From contig CAJINV010000014.1 in NCBI GenBank assembly GCA_905178155.1, forward strand, positions 426,012 through 490,011: a DNA stretch of 64,000 nucleotides, given 5' to 3'. Made by a program: the position numbers and the translations under genes. This DNA is from Amoebophrya sp. A120 (lineage: Eukaryota > Protista > Dinoflagellata). This document shows, one piece after another, positions 26,011 to 39,799 of this stretch (positions are counted from its first letter, which is position 1; each line of letters begins with the position of its first letter). Below the pieces are notes generated by a model. That model was not told the origin of the DNA. It worked only from the letters and a program-made list of their open reading frames with translations, and did no database searches.

Positions 26011-29000
26011 TCACAAAAGGTCGTAGCGGGCAAGAATGTCGATCGGCATGGGACGAGTAGCCCGGGCTCTGTCTGTCTCGTTGTGAGGATTCTTGTCGAC
26101 GTGTTTCACGTTGTTCCTTCGCAGCTGGTGCCAGTCCGTCCTCTGTCCCCGCGGGGGTCCTCGTGGTCCACCTTCCGGTCCAAACTCGGCCAAAAGCTGC
26201 TGTCGCGACCACAAGGCGTAAAAAATCATACTCAGGCCGAGAAGAAACAGAAAAAGGCAGAAGCGGCTCATGGAAAAGCAGCTTCTTGTGCCGGTTGTTC
26301 TCCAGCCTGATGATCGCGGTCCTACTTCTATCGGGGAAATAAATCCTTGTCCTCCACAGCTGGTGCTTTCCAACATCTCGGCAAGATTCGCTGGGGTTGT
26401 AACTCCTGCTGTCGCAGCTACCTCGTCGTGCTCGTGCGCAGTAAAAACGTCCATCTGGTGCAGCTGCTCCAGGGTAGTTTTACTAGGTGTGGATGGTGAC
26501 CTCCACACAGCGTCATCTTGTGCTAGCAGCTGGTGGTCTTGTTGCTTGTTGAACTTCACTGCTTCCACCTCCACGCTCGTCTTAATCGTCGGGGAAAGAG
26601 CAAAGTCGTGATGCAGTTCGCTTTCCTCTGTAGAAGTCCGATCAAGATTTAGATTTTTTCCTTCACCAAGTGATAGAGGGTTTTTTTCTTCACGGCCATG
26701 ACTCTCCATCATCGCCCGCGCCCTCTGCAGCTCTCCGGCCTCGTCTTCTGCTTCTTCTGCAACGCTGACCCTGAAGGAGCTTTTTTCATCGATTATTGCG
26801 TCATGGATTTTTCCCTGTGGCGAACTGCAAGAGCCGCGTTGCGATCCACAATCATCTAAATTTTCCATGCGCAGGTCCAGCACCTCTCCGGCCAGCAGCA
26901 TCTTTTTTACCTGCTCTGTTACGAGCTGCTGGAGGTGTGCTTCATCGAGCGAAGGCGGTTGAAAGTTGTCTGATATGCACGAAGTCTTACGCGGCAAACA
27001 ACCTGGTGTGTTCTCTACTGCTCCATCGTGCTGCTGTAGTTGAGCCTGCTGTTGATGGTGTTCCGGAAAAAACAGCACCCGCGGAGTCGGTTTTGGATAA
27101 AACTCATTCTCGCTTTTATTTTCGCGATGCCTTAGTAAGACACTGCTTCTTGTTGACGCATCCAGCAGGGTAGTGGTCTCACCGACTGCCGCCGCTTTGT
27201 CTTTCGAATCAGTCGCAGCAGTGGTCCCGGTGAAAATCGCAGAACTGGTAAGCGGTCTCAAGTATGATTTATTTCCGTCGCAGTGCATCAATGAAGCTGG
27301 AGCTGCCCCCTCTTGCTCACCTACGACAGAATAGCGGCAACTCGCCCCTGAAATGTCAAAATCAACAACTGGATCATCACTAGAGCTACTACCCGCAGCT
27401 TTTGGACTTGGAGTGGACGTAATCACCACCTGGCCCGACTGGTTCAGGGACTGGATAATCTTCGGCAAAAGCTTTTCGATTAAAGCCACGTGCTGCTGAT
27501 TTGCGGCTTCCGCAGTTATTGCAGCTGTTCCGGTTCTACTTTCGGTTTCGTTATTCTTAGTGAGGGAAGTAGACGATGATGTTGTGGTCGTACAGCGAGC
27601 AGTTGTTTCCACAAACGGAGAAGTTTCGTGCCTTTTGTCCACAAGGCGCGGTGTGATGAAGGAGTTTGGTGGAAGGTTCAACATTTTTCCGGCGCAAAGT
27701 GTGGAAGAAGGCGGTAATTTTGTCGCGCCGACACTGTTCCTTGGAAAGGATGTGGAATGAGGAACCCCACCGTGGTTCTGATGCTGCTTTATCAGCCCAG
27801 GAGTCTGTTGAGAGTCCTGCTCGCTGCAGTCGTTGATATCACAACTACCCGCTGACGAAAAGAAGATACCGGTACTTTTGGAATCGGACGAGGAATAAAC
27901 TTCATCTTCGTAAAACACGACCGCACGAGCAGCCCCCGGGTGCTGCTGCACCTCCAATTCGTGCAGCTCAGACATACTCGGCTGCAACTCTCCTACGGCG
28001 GGAATTTGGGGCATCAGCATAGAAGAGTGGTCCAGCATCTGGGTAGACTCGTTCGCATCGGAGGTCACGTCCATTTGAGAAGTGCTTGTATCATTTTGGG
28101 GCACTTGCGAGATGAACTGCTCGTCCGTGCAGCTAGAGGACGAGACCGCGATCGTTTTCATCACGTCCGCCTCCTCTTCTTCCTGAAATAAAGCACCACT
28201 GTTGCAGCTTTCCATACTCGGAGATGACGCAATTTTTCCAAAAGTGCAGGCATTGCGCGTCCTCGACTGCATCTCGATCGGATTTTTGCTATCATCACTT
28301 GATGATTTTCCAACACTGCGGCCGGCAACACGTTTTTCGTCATGTGGGTGGCTCGGCAGCATCTTCGTCGCCGGTCTTTCGTCCCCATGTGAAGCACTTG
28401 TCGGAAGCTGCAACGCGGCCGAGCTACTCCAGTGAAGCAGCATGGCAGCGTCGACGCTTCCTTCTTCTCTTTGGTGTTCCAACTGAGAAGATGACGTGGG
28501 GCTACACATCACACGCAGAGAATTTAGTTCGCCAGCAGTTCTTCCCTCAGCTGACTGGTCAGGGCGGTGCGCGTGCGTCCCCGCTGGGGGGCTTTGAGTT
28601 TGACCAGTATGATTCCCATTAATGTCCTCGTCCAAAGCCGCGGCACTACTTGATTTGTGCTTGTTGTTGGAAACAACGGTACTACTATGGCGGCGTCAAC
28701 AATCTCACCACTATAGTATATCAAAAAAAAATTCATATCGTATTTATGTAGCACCTATTTTGAGCTACCACTTTAAAATAGATATGCAATAGTAGCGACT
28801 TTGAGCTAGCTGCCTTGAGCTAGCTAATTCTTCCTCCTCTTTACCAACGCGCAAGCCTCAAAAAGCGCGCTTTTTCTGCTATCCTTCCAAATTTAGCACC
28901 GCTGCTAGTGAGCTTCGAGCCTAGTTTTTTTCGATAACGTGCTCACTTTTTGGAGGACGTCCCCCGAGGTCGTCAATCTCAGTTCAAAAAGTGCTCGCTT

Positions 29001-32000
29001 GAGCACAACAAATCCTGGCCATTTTGGAGAACCGTGGGAAAACGTGGCGCGCCAAGAGATGAATGATGAAGTAGAAACGATATAATTTTTTTTTTGATAT
29101 ACTATGGTGGTGAGATTGTTGACGCCGCCATAACTACTGCTCTTTCCGAGAACGTTATACCCCGAGGCCGTTTTCAAGGTGGAAGTCGAAGTCTGCGAGT
29201 AGGAGGTTCGCGGTTCTCGCAGTGGCACTCTGGTGTTGTTGTAAAACGCATAGTTCGACGACGCCGTACAGTGCAGCTCGTGCTGCTGCTCTTGTTGCAA
29301 GCCTGCACAACTGCTGCCCATCAGTAAGTCATCCTGATTTATTCCTGTGACACAATTACCACTCTGCTGTTGAAGCTGATCCTCCAAAAAATGCCCCGGA
29401 CGCTGCAGCAGCGGTTGCGTGCGCGCTTCTTGTTGCTCGCTGTATGACACAACATAATGACCACCACCCGACGGAAGTAGACCTTGAGACTGCCGCTCCA
29501 TTCTCAGCATCATGTCCGTGTCGTGCGAGGGACAGGATGAACGCTGATCAAGAAAAAGAACCCCGGGATCATCATGATGATGACCCTGAATAAAATGCGC
29601 ACCACGGGGAGAACTGCCACCAGCAGAGGACTGGGTTGCCGCCAAAGCAGTAGATAGCGCTTGTTGATGCAGCAACTGCATTCGTGGTACTAGCGCTTGT
29701 TGCTTCATCTCCATAGCAACTTGATGCTGGTGGTTCAAGTGCATCAGGTTGCTGGCTTGTTCCTTTTGCACCATATTATCCCGCACCACAGCCCCCGGAC
29801 AGCACGACGCGAGGGCCATACTATTTCGCAGGGTCTTAATTTCCTCTTCCAATAAATGAACCTTTGTGTTCATTTTTTCCTCCTGTAGCTTTTTTTCAAC
29901 CGCTTTCTCCACATAAAACTGGTTCAGAAGATACGAATGCTGGTGGTCTTCTTGCTGGCCTGTCGTGTTCCTCCTGTGCGGAAGTAGATGAAGATTCTGG
30001 TCGTGCGACAGTCGTTGTTGAGGAGAGTTGCTGTTGTACTTGTTCCCTGTCCGAGAAGATTGGTGCTCTGCTTGACGCCGCGGTCCACGGACTTCATGTG
30101 CTGTCCCTTGTCGATGCTGGTGATCCAGCAGCAACACCTCTTGCACTTCATCCGGTGCTGGTCGCGCTTTGGGGTGAAGAGAGGTGGTGGACGAGACAGC
30201 TGTACAAGCAGAAAGCGACAACCGTGAGGACGCTTCTTCGCGTTGGTGCAACTGCCTCGGTGATCGGCAGGTTCGATCTGGTTCCACCTCGGAATAAGAC
30301 GATTTTTCGAACACTGTCGCAGCAGTAGTTCCTCCTCTTTCTGGTCCATCGGGCGAAGATATTAGCGGTTCGTTTAGTCTTGGCTTTCGCTTCCTGCTAT
30401 GATCCGTTTCCAAACCGCGAACAGACCCAGGTCCGCGATGCGAAGACACAAAGACATGACCATCTTCCCTCTGGACGACGCCATTGCCTTCTCGCCGGAG
30501 CAGTCGTCGCTTCTCGTACTCCTGCTGCGTCTCGTCCCTATTGCTACTGCATCCTAGAGAGGACCTAGACATCAAAATGGCCGACGAAGAGTTGTTCTTT
30601 TGCTTTTGCATATTATTTACGATCGCACTTCCAGCACCAAGCTCTTCGTCCTCTTCCAGATCCAACAGTGACGTTCTGGAGTTCACCACACGCAACACGA
30701 CTGGCGCTTTCATGTCATCAACCTTTGCGACTGTTCCTGTAGCGAGAATCGGATTCATTTTACTGCCGGTGGATGTAGTTCCCTGCTGGAAGGTCTGGGA
30801 TTGTTCTTGCGAAGCTCCCGTACCTGAATGCGAAGATGAAAAGTCCCTTTCTACTGCTCCCGCGTGCGGGTGCAGATCATGGCGGTCGTACACACGAACA
30901 ACAGCAGAGGGGGTTTCTGCATAGTGATCTTCGTGAGCCGCTTTTAGTTTTACCCCGCCCTCGTGATCTTGCGGCGATTGTTGTCCTTCTAGCTGCCGCC
31001 CCTTCCTCGGCACGACCGATAGAATCACGTTCTTGCAGTCTTCGTGGTTTTCTTGTCCTGGTCTGTTCTCGAACTCCTGTGGCGTCGGCACGACGCGAAG
31101 CTGACACTGACTCGTCCCCGTACTGCTTGCAGCTCGCCGAAAATTGAAATTGGTATCAGTCCTGCTCGGTGTTTTTGCTTCTCCTACTCCAAAAGAGAGT
31201 GGCGTGGTGACCACGCCACTCTTCGGAGAAGATATTGCGAGTGCGGGATCGTCCTGTTGTACCAACCCGCGGTTCATCGGTGATGAGACTAGCTCGTTGC
31301 AACTTGCGGAAGAGACTGAAGTTGAGGACAAGTTTGTGGTGTCCGAGGGCTTAACAGCTGGTCCAGCAGCACCCATCTTGCCCAACCCACCTTGTTGCTG
31401 CTGCGGCGCTGTCGGCCGGCGGATCCGGGATCTTTTCCGCAGTTCCTCCTCCTCCCGGGCCTCGCGCCACTTTTCCTGCGCCAGCTCCTGGTTGCGCTTG
31501 CGCTGCTCCTCCTGAAGTCGCCGCTTCTCCGCGTGTTTGTTGAAGTAGGTCGCTTTGGAGGTAGTTTTCTCGCTGGACGTGTTCGGAAACGGAATGCTCC
31601 ACGCGGCCGGTTTGGAGCTGCCTGATGAAAGGTCGTTGCTCTTTATTTCGTCGCTCTTATTTTCAACAAGATCACCCGTTCTCTTGTGCCCTGGTTGATA
31701 ATGTTTACCTTGTTGCCCCGACGTACCTACATCAAGAACGGTTCCACCCTTCGGGCAGCCCGGCCCGGTTTTCATTTTGCTGTTGGTGGCCACGTTCGAA
31801 GTATCCTGGTCCGCCTTCATATTTCGGGGTAACGTTGAAGATGCGTTCTGCTCCCAACTTGCTTTAGTGCCACCAGCACCTCCGCGTGGAAAAAAATTTT
31901 GGTTGAACTCCGTACTCAGTCGCAGATTCGCCTGCTCTTCCTCCAATCGGTCTTTTTTGTCTTGTAACCGCTTCTGCTCCCGCTCCCGGATCTGCTGTCG

Positions 32001-32039
32001 GATATGCAATACAGATTTACTGCACGTGCACACGTACAA
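26011..32039 (-). CDS. Large low-complexity protein with coiled coils and a C-terminal TM segment (both ends uncertain)
   Basis: ORFs 28905-32039 and 26011-28635 fuse in frame (GKSSS|TVVSNNKHKSSSAAALDEDIN) after removing introner 28686-29132 + 5 nt; hydrophobic FCLFLFLLGLSMIFYALW. No family recognised. Confidence 0.7.
28686..29132. mobile_element. Introner with ~55-bp TIR, perfect DR actac
   Basis: tatggcggcgtcaacaatctcaccactatagtatatcaaaaaaaaatt / aattttttttttgatatactatggtggtgagattgttgacgccgccata; DR 28681-28685 and 29133-29137. Confidence 0.92.
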
Positions 32040-32989
32040 AATGCATCACACTAATGTTCAGAAACTCAAGTCATGCAGTCAAGTGTCATGCTCAGTAGGC
32101 TTGCAGAAACATCGTTTTGTTGTGCGGAAGCGCAAATTGCATGCTGTGTACGAAAACAAATCTACTGTTGATATCGGAGTTCCTCGCCGTAGGCGAGCCG
32201 GGACCGCGGTGGACTACGGTCGATCAGGGACATTGCTTTTGATGTTGAAGCGAACGTGGAGTAAATTACTTTGTTCAACAGTAAATAAATATGATGTACA
32301 AAAAGCAAAACGATTCTTTTTGACAAATTGAACGAAAGAAGATAACCTCGCTTGCCTGCTGTTTTTGTTGTGGTTTTCCCAGTAGCATCAATAACTTGGC
32401 GGAAGCAAAAAAATATCATGCCGGCTGAGACGGCAAAAACGTGTTTCGACTTGTTCCGATGCAATGCAACAATAACTAATACAACTCGTCATCAGCTGGT
32501 TACTTGTTTCTAACTTGTTCGTGACACCTCGCACGCAGCTGGCAGCACACACGGCATTTCGTCGTGCTGCCACTGTTTTTGATCTTTTATCAACAATTGT
32601 AGCGGCAGTAAATGAATCTTCAGTAAAGATATGCGTTACTCATTGCAAAAGTCCAGTGCGCCAATGATATTCAAAAGCAAAATCTTTGAAGAGTATCACG
32701 ATGAAGAAAAAATACTTTTCTTTATACTTCGAACATTACCAAAAAGATAATCTTGAAAGCAAAAAAACACATATTTGCGTGACGGCTACAAAAGGTAGAC
32801 CTTAAACATGTGCGGCTGTGAGCCTGGTGTCTCATGTCTCATGTCTTGGAGCCGTGTCATGACATGAGGACACGAACATGGACATGACACGGCCGTTTTC
32901 ATGTCCATGTCTTCATGTCCCGACATCCCAAACCAGGACATGAGACATGAGACATGAGACATGAGACATGGCCAATGTTCATGCTCATG

Positions 32990-34625
32990 TCCCATGTCCG
33001 CGACACGAGACATGAGACATGGCCATCCGCGGCCGACTCTGGTCCAGACCGGAAGACATGAGACATGGGACATGGCGTTCTCATGTCTCATGTCTCGTGT
33101 CCCAAGACATGAGACATGAGACATGGCCATCCGCGGCTGACTCTGGTCCAGACCGGAAGACATGAGACATGAGACATGGGACATGGCGTTCTCATGTCTC
33201 ATGTCCCAAGACATGAGACATGAGACATGGCCATCCGCGGCCGACTCTGGTCCAGACCGGAAGACATGAGACATGAGACATGGGACATGGCGTTCTCATG
33301 TCTCATGTCTCGTGTCCCAAGACATGAGACATGAGACATGGCCATCCGCGGCCGACTCTGGTCCAGACCGGAAGACATGAGACATGAGACATGGGACATG
33401 GCGTTCTCATGTCTCATGTCTCGTGTCCCAAGACATGAGACATGAGACATGGCCATCCGCGGCCGACTCTGGTCCAGACCGGAAGACATGAGACATGGGA
33501 CATGGCGTTCTCATGTCTCATGTCTCGTGTCCCAAGACATGAGACATGAGACATGGCCATCCGCGGCCGACTCTGGTCCAGACCGGAAGACATGAGACAT
33601 GAGACATGGGACATGGCGTTCTCATGTCTCATGTCTCGTGTCCCAAGACATGAGACATGAGACATGGCCATCCGCGGCCGACTCTGGTCCAGACCGGAAG
33701 ACATGAGACATGAGACATGGGACATGGCGTTCTCATGTCTCATGTCTCGTGTCCCAAGACATGAGACATGAGACATGGCCATCCGCGGCCGACTCTGGTC
33801 CAGACCGGAAGACATGAGACATGGGACACGGCGTTCTCATGTCTCATGTCTCGTGTCCCAAGACATGAGACATGAGACATGGCCATCCGCGGCCGACTCT
33901 GGTCCAGACCGGAAGACATGAGACATGAGACATGGGACATGGCGTTCTCATGTCTCATGTCTTGTGTCCCAAGACATGAGACATGAGACATGGCCATCCG
34001 CGGCCGACTCTGGTCCAGACCGGAAGACATGAGACATGGGACACGGCGTTCTCATGTCTCATGTCTCGTGTCCCAAGACATGAGACATGAGACATGGCCA
34101 TCCGCGGCCGACTCTGGTCCAGACCGGAAGACATGAGACATGAGACACGGGACATGGCGTTCTCATGTCTCATGTCTTGTGTCTCGTGTCCCAAGACATG
34201 AGACATGGGACATGGCCATCCGCGGCCGACTCTGGCTAAGGCCGGAAGACATGAGACATGAGACATGGGACATGGCGTCCCCATGTCTCATGTCTCGTGT
34301 CCCAAGACACAAGACATGAGACATGCGACATGAGACATGACCGCCCGCGGCCGACTCTGGTCCAGGCCGGAAGACATGAGACATGAGACATGGGACATGA
34401 TGTTCTCGCGTCTCATGTCTCGTGTCTCAAGACACAAGACATGAGACATGGGCATCCGCGGCTGACTCTGGTCCAGGCCGGAAGACATGAGACATGGGAC
34501 ATGGTGTTCCTATGTCGCATGTCTTGTGTCTCGTGTCCCAAGACATGAGACATGGGACACGACCGCCCGCGGCCGACTCTGGTTCAGGCCGGAAGACATG
34601 AGACATGGGACATGGCGTTCCCATG
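32990..34625. repeat. ~15 copies of a 104-111-bp CATG-rich minisatellite, length varying by the 7-mer gacatga
   Basis: ggccatccgcggccgactctggtccagaccggaag recurs at ~33021, 33125, 33229, 33340, 33451 etc., decaying rightwards. Confidence 0.95.
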
Positions 34626-34779
34626 TTTCGTCCTGGGATGTCGGGAATGGGACACCCATTTCACCAACCAACCCAACCAAACCTCAACCAACCCACGCGA
34701 AGTGTCGCCACCAGACCATCCGGCCGCGAGCGACCGATGCTGCCCCAAGCTGCAGCTGGCTCCTCTGGCCGCCCCTGAC

Positions 34780-35640
34780 CAGACGACTCGTGCCGCTGCT
34801 GGCCCGAGCCGCCTCTGGCTCGTCTGGCCGCCCCTGACTCGGAGGCCGCCGCTAGCCCGAGGGCCTCGCGCCGCCGCTGACCCGAGCCGCCGCTGGCTCG
34901 TCTGGCCGCCCCTGACCCGACGGCTCGTGCCGCCGCTGGCCCGAGCCGCTGGCGCATCGTGGGCCGCCGCTGGCTCGTCTGACCGCCCCTGACTCGGAGG
35001 CCGCCGCCAGCCCGAGGGCCTCGTGCCGCCGCTGACCCGAGCCGCCGCTGGCTCGTCTGGCCGCCCCTGACCCGACGGCCCGTGCCGCCGCTGGCCCGAG
35101 CCGCTGGCGCATCGTGGGCCGCCGCTGGCTCGTCTGACCGCCCCTGACTCGGAGGCCGCCGCCAACCCGAGGGCCTCGTGCCGCCGCTGACCCGAGCCGC
35201 CGCTGGCTCGTCTGGCCGCCCCTGACCCGACGGCTCGTGCCGCCGCTGGCCCGAGCCGCTGGCGCATCGTGGGCCGCCGCTGGCTCGTCTGACCGCCCCT
35301 GACTCGGAGGCCGCCGCTAACCCGAGGGCCTCGTGCCGCCGCTGACGGAACCGAGCCGCCGCTGGCTCGTCTGGCCGCCCCTGGCCCGACGGCTCGTGCC
35401 GCCGCTGGCCTGAGCCGCTGGCGCATCGTGGGCCGCCGCTGGCTCGTCTGTCTGACCGCCCCTGACTCGGAAGCCGCCGCTAGACCGAGGGGGGGCCTCG
35501 TGCCGCCGCTGACCCGAGCCGCCACTGGCTCGTCTCATGTCTCATGTCTGCGCTGACCGCGTGCCGCCGCTGACCCGAGCCGAGGGCCTCGTGCCGCCGC
35601 TGACGCGTGCCGCCGCTGACCCGAGCCGCCACTGGCCCGT
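34780..35640. repeat. ~5 copies of a 155-bp very GC-rich minisatellite
   Basis: cccgagggcctcg at ~34856, 35011, 35166, 35321. Confidence 0.9.
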
Positions 35641-36624
35641 CTCATGAGATGTCATGCGCCATGTCTCGTGTCTCGTGTCCTAGGGCACGAGACACGGGAC
35701 ATGGAGATGCCATGTCCCGTGTCCCATGTCTCGTGTCCTGGGACACGAGACATGGGACACGGACACGGACACACGGCGATGTCATGCCCCATGTCTCATG
35801 TCTTGGGACATGGAGATGCCATGTCCCGTGTCTCATGTCTCATGTCCTGGGACACGAGACATGGGACACGGACACGGCGAAGTCGTGTCTCATGTCTCAT
35901 GTCCTGGGACACGAGACACGAGACATGGGACACGGACACGGCGATGTCATGTCTCATGTCCTGAGACACGAGACATGGGACATGGGACACGGCGATGTCA
36001 TGTCCCATGTCTCATGTCTTGTGTCCTACAGCCTCAGCCAGAAAGTGTCGCGGATGCCCATGTCTCATGTCTCATGTCCTGACTTTCGGGTCCACCAAGA
36101 CATGAGACATGGGACATGAGCAGATCATGTTCCTCCGACCCAGGGCCGGTACGTGTCGGGACATGAAGACATGGACATGAAAACGGCCGTGTCATGTCCA
36201 TGTTCGTGTCCTCATGTCATGACACGGCTCCAAGACATGAGACATGAGACACCAGGCTCACAGCCGCACATACCCTAGACCTTAGGACGTCGGACGCAAA
36301 TTCATCACGAATTCCATTGACAACTACATTTACAAAAAAATAATCACCGCGAGCCGATCATTTACAAACTTACGACCGCTTTTGGCGCGCTTTGATTACC
36401 AGATTTGATCACGCATTTGGTGTGACGAGGAAAATCTAAATTATCTACAACTCGAACGAAGGAGTACATTCCTTATTAAATTAGAGCCACACATCATCCT
36501 GAAAACCGAAAATTTTTTCCATTCACGACTGCGAAAAGCCATGCGATCTGTCCACGAACACACGAACCTAACTTCCATCGGATCTCGGAAGTGGTTCTGA
36601 TTCAGATTCCGCTTATCTGTAGAA

Positions 36625-36945
36625 TCGATGTCGCGCTATTGCTGTTGCGTATGCGTAAAAAGCAGATTATAAAACAAGGTGCTCGTCTCTCTGGGTCTGA
36701 AAGTACACACAATTTTAAGCTCAAGAGTTCGTCCCTTCCTGTTGCACCGGAAGGCGATAGTACGCCGTCAAAAACTAGTGCTATGAATGCTCTGCAGCGA
36801 GCGCGAAAGCTGTAGCAACAGGAGGAGTGCTGGCCTCTACTTCTTTATTCACTGATGCTGCTGTGGTACTACAACTTGCTGGTGCTGCGAAGGTTGTCCA
36901 CCAGTTCCATCAGGACCAGTTCCCCTACCTCCGACACTGCTATAA
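36625..36945. repeat. Diverged duplicate of the 3' end/3' flank of the 39.8-45.2 kb gene (39605-39900)
   Basis: Shared gtcgcgctattgctgttgcgt and cactgatgctg..tgtggtactacaacttgctggtgctgcgaaggtt...cccctacctccgaca. Confidence 0.8.
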
Positions 36946-38489
36946 TCGCTGTTGTTTCCGCCGCTGGAGCTTATTACACTCGTCCCTCGAGGACTACTGT
37001 TAAGTCGCAAGCTAAACTTGTTCACTTTTCAGAGTCAGAGGGCGGCTGGTGGTGCTGCTGCGTCGTGTCCATTTGTCTTCCTGCTCCACCTGCATGAAGA
37101 ACATGAATCATATTTGCGCGTTTCCTTCTGGGTTAGAGAAGAACAAGTGCTGTCGAAAAAGCACAAAGTCGTGCGAGAAAATTGATGATAGTAAGGATAA
37201 TATCCTGCTTTGCAAGCCATAGCCAAAGCCATTGTAGTATGTGTAGAAACGGAAATGAAAATCTTGTGTGCGCAGAAGGATGATATGTAGTGTCCCTTTT
37301 ATTTGGAGAACAATTATATTCAAACGAAGGCATCTCTTTACCCCGCGGCCGGTTAGCTCCTGCTCCAGCATACGCAGCAGCCCGCTCGCTTAAGATTGTG
37401 CGCGCCAGATCTGCTTCTGGCCCATTACTGGCGGCCACAGCACGGAGTTCCGCACTTGATCTGGGGTCTTGTGTTACCCTCCAAGTAAAAGTATGAAGGA
37501 ACAAACATACGACCTTGCGACGTAACCTATCAAAAGGAAAAAGAGGCCCCCGAGCCGCGGGAAAAAATGGATCGCCGGAAGAGGCTCCCTTGCTCCGGAC
37601 AGATTCATTGGCTCTCTGAAGGTCCGTGCGCGCGAAAGACCTTCAACTGTCTCGAAGTAGTGGCAACTTCTGCCCTGAATCGCAATGCTGCGAGTCTTCG
37701 AACCACATTCCAGCCTCTGGGTGAAAACTTTGGACCTCTTCGCTTTTTGGTGTCATCTGAGTCGAGAAGATTCTAGACTTAGGACCCGTCTACTGGGTCG
37801 AGATTCTCAACACCGACCGGCAGCTGCTTTGCCGGCTCAGCAGAGTCCGCACTGCCCACGCAGTGCCGTGGCCACGCCACTGAGCGGAGCCCTCGCCGGG
37901 CTTTCTAAAGGCATTGAGCCGGGCACGTTCTCGCTTTTTGTTCCCGTTTTTGGGGCGTCTAGCGGTGAGGTGCAAAAAAGCTTTTGGCTACGTCACAAAG
38001 TCATAGTTTGTTCCTTCATATGACCAAGCCTCCTCTTGTACCGCAGGGTCAGGGGGGGCAGCGCCGATGTTCACCTGTGCTTAGGGAGAAAAATTGTAAT
38101 TGAGCTGCAGTCCTCAACCTTCCTATGAAACTTTGTTCAAGGAGCTGAAGCTGGTGATGCACTGACTGGAGTTTTTCTTCCATATTTGTTTCTCTCTTTC
38201 TTACTTTATATTCATTTTCGCGCATTGTGTTTGGATTTCGAATTTGCAGCCTCTTCTCTTTCATTTCATTCTTCGTTTATATTCTTTTCGCTGTCCTCTC
38301 ACTCTCTTGCACGACGACCACGACGGCGCTTGTTTAATATCTGGATGTCTTTGGATATCTTGATCTTCGATATGTGGAAATAACAGTTCCAAGTTTATAT
38401 CGTATGCTACCCAGCTTCAAAACAGCCCAAGATGATATGACTTCGAGTTCGAGTACGTCGGTGGTGATCCCTCTTGCTCTTAAGTATAA

Positions 38490-38807
38490 TTATATATAAT
38501 TATTGAAATGCGTTGCTGTTACTACTCTGCTGCTCGTTCCTCCAGTAGTTAGACGTTCCGCCAGCCGGCTCGCTAAACCACGAAATCCGCGTCGCTGGCT
38601 TGTGGCCGCTTCTTGTTTCCCGCCGGGCTTTTCTTCTTCATCCAGAAATGCCTGCTCCACGACCGGCTGCTCGTCGGTAAACTCGCTTTCCCCATCGGCG
38701 TCGACCGCGGTTGTGCTTTTCCCCTTGTTGTCTTCGAAGTCGTGATCGTCCAGCACAGCGGTGGCGGTGCAGAGGTAGACTGCATTACTCCCTGCCAGCA
38801 TCTTCAA
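38490..38807 (-). CDS. Probable exon of an unresolved gene in ~36.8-39.2 kb
   Basis: GC-rich open frame with an acidic, protein-like composition on the same strand as all other genes; no family recognised. Confidence 0.35.
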   Translation of the reverse strand: MKMLAGSNAVYLCTATAVLDDHDFEDNKGKSTTAVDADGESEFTDEQPVVEQAFLDEEEKPGGKQEAATSQRRGFRGLASRLAERLTTGGTSSRVVTATHFNNYI

Positions 38808-39799
38808 GCCTTTCTGAACGCCTCTCGGAAGTGCAACGCCGGATGAAGCTGCTCGTCGACTCGTTGCGATCGTCGATTTGTGAGGTGAGGTGAGGTGAGG
38901 TGATCGTCAATTTGTGGTCGACCACCCGTTCATCCTGGTGCACGGGGGCGACGTGCCCGCCGCGCGACGGCGGGCACGGGTCGGTGGCTGACATGTTGTC
39001 GTAGCTAGAAGTCACTTAACGTTCTTTACGGCTCGGAAATGCTAGGATCTTCTCTTGTTCCATCAAAAAGGTATTTCTCGCTGAACAAAAAACGAGCCCA
39101 GAAATGTTTGCATTGCTAAACAGCGAGGACAGGTGGTATGAGTGCTCCACCTTGAGATGGTCTCACATACCACGACATCAACGAGACGAAGACGATCCCG
39201 ACCCCGTGGATTTTTTTCCCGCTCATTTCGCACTCAAGCTACTTTTTTTTCTTTCAAGACAACGCTCTCTTGATGCACATACAACGAGAATGACGATCCC
39301 CCGTTTCTCTTTCTTCACTTACGCTTACCAAACTAGTACGAACTGCATTGTTTGCAGAAATATCACAGAACTGGATCATTGACGATGAGAGGACTTATCC
39401 GAAATTATTATTTGACGCAGTAATAGAGGACAGCAACAAGCGCGATGAATGAACGTGATCGATAGACCTGGTGAAGAGACCCGAGTCTTTCCTTCCTATT
39501 CATGACTGGAAAGAATTATGCGATCTTTCCACGAACACTCCCCGTTCATCGGATATCGGAAGTCGAAGTTGTTCTTTTGCCTGTACTTGGTACAGGTTAA
39601 TGTAGTCGCGCTATTGCTGTTGCGTCTTGCGTAAAAAGCAGCTGCATGAAGCAGAGTCGTGTTTAGTTCTGGTACACCACACAATTTCAATTCTCCAGAG
39701 TTGATCATTTGCCCTTAAAGTGTGCAGTTCTTGGCAAGAACTACTTCTTGCATGGAACTGCTGTTTGCTGCCGCAATGGTGCTGTAGCAGCCCCTGCAT

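Larger units (their letters stand above)
32805..36275. mobile_element. Foldback/MULE-like non-autonomous element, 118-bp TIRs, 9-bp TSD tagacctta
   Basis: 32808-32925 is the reverse complement of 36154-36271; tagacctta at 32796-32804 and 36276-36284; the interior is tandem repeats only. Confidence 0.88.

Noticed and set aside
32990-34625. Regular repeats as a CRISPR array
   Set aside because: Units are contiguous near-identical tandem copies with no unique spacers, there are no cas genes, and the context is eukaryotic.
32786-36119. ORFs such as MSHVSCL... and the 313-aa ORF 34584-35525
   Set aside because: Translations of stop-poor minisatellites inside a TIR element; no domain signal.
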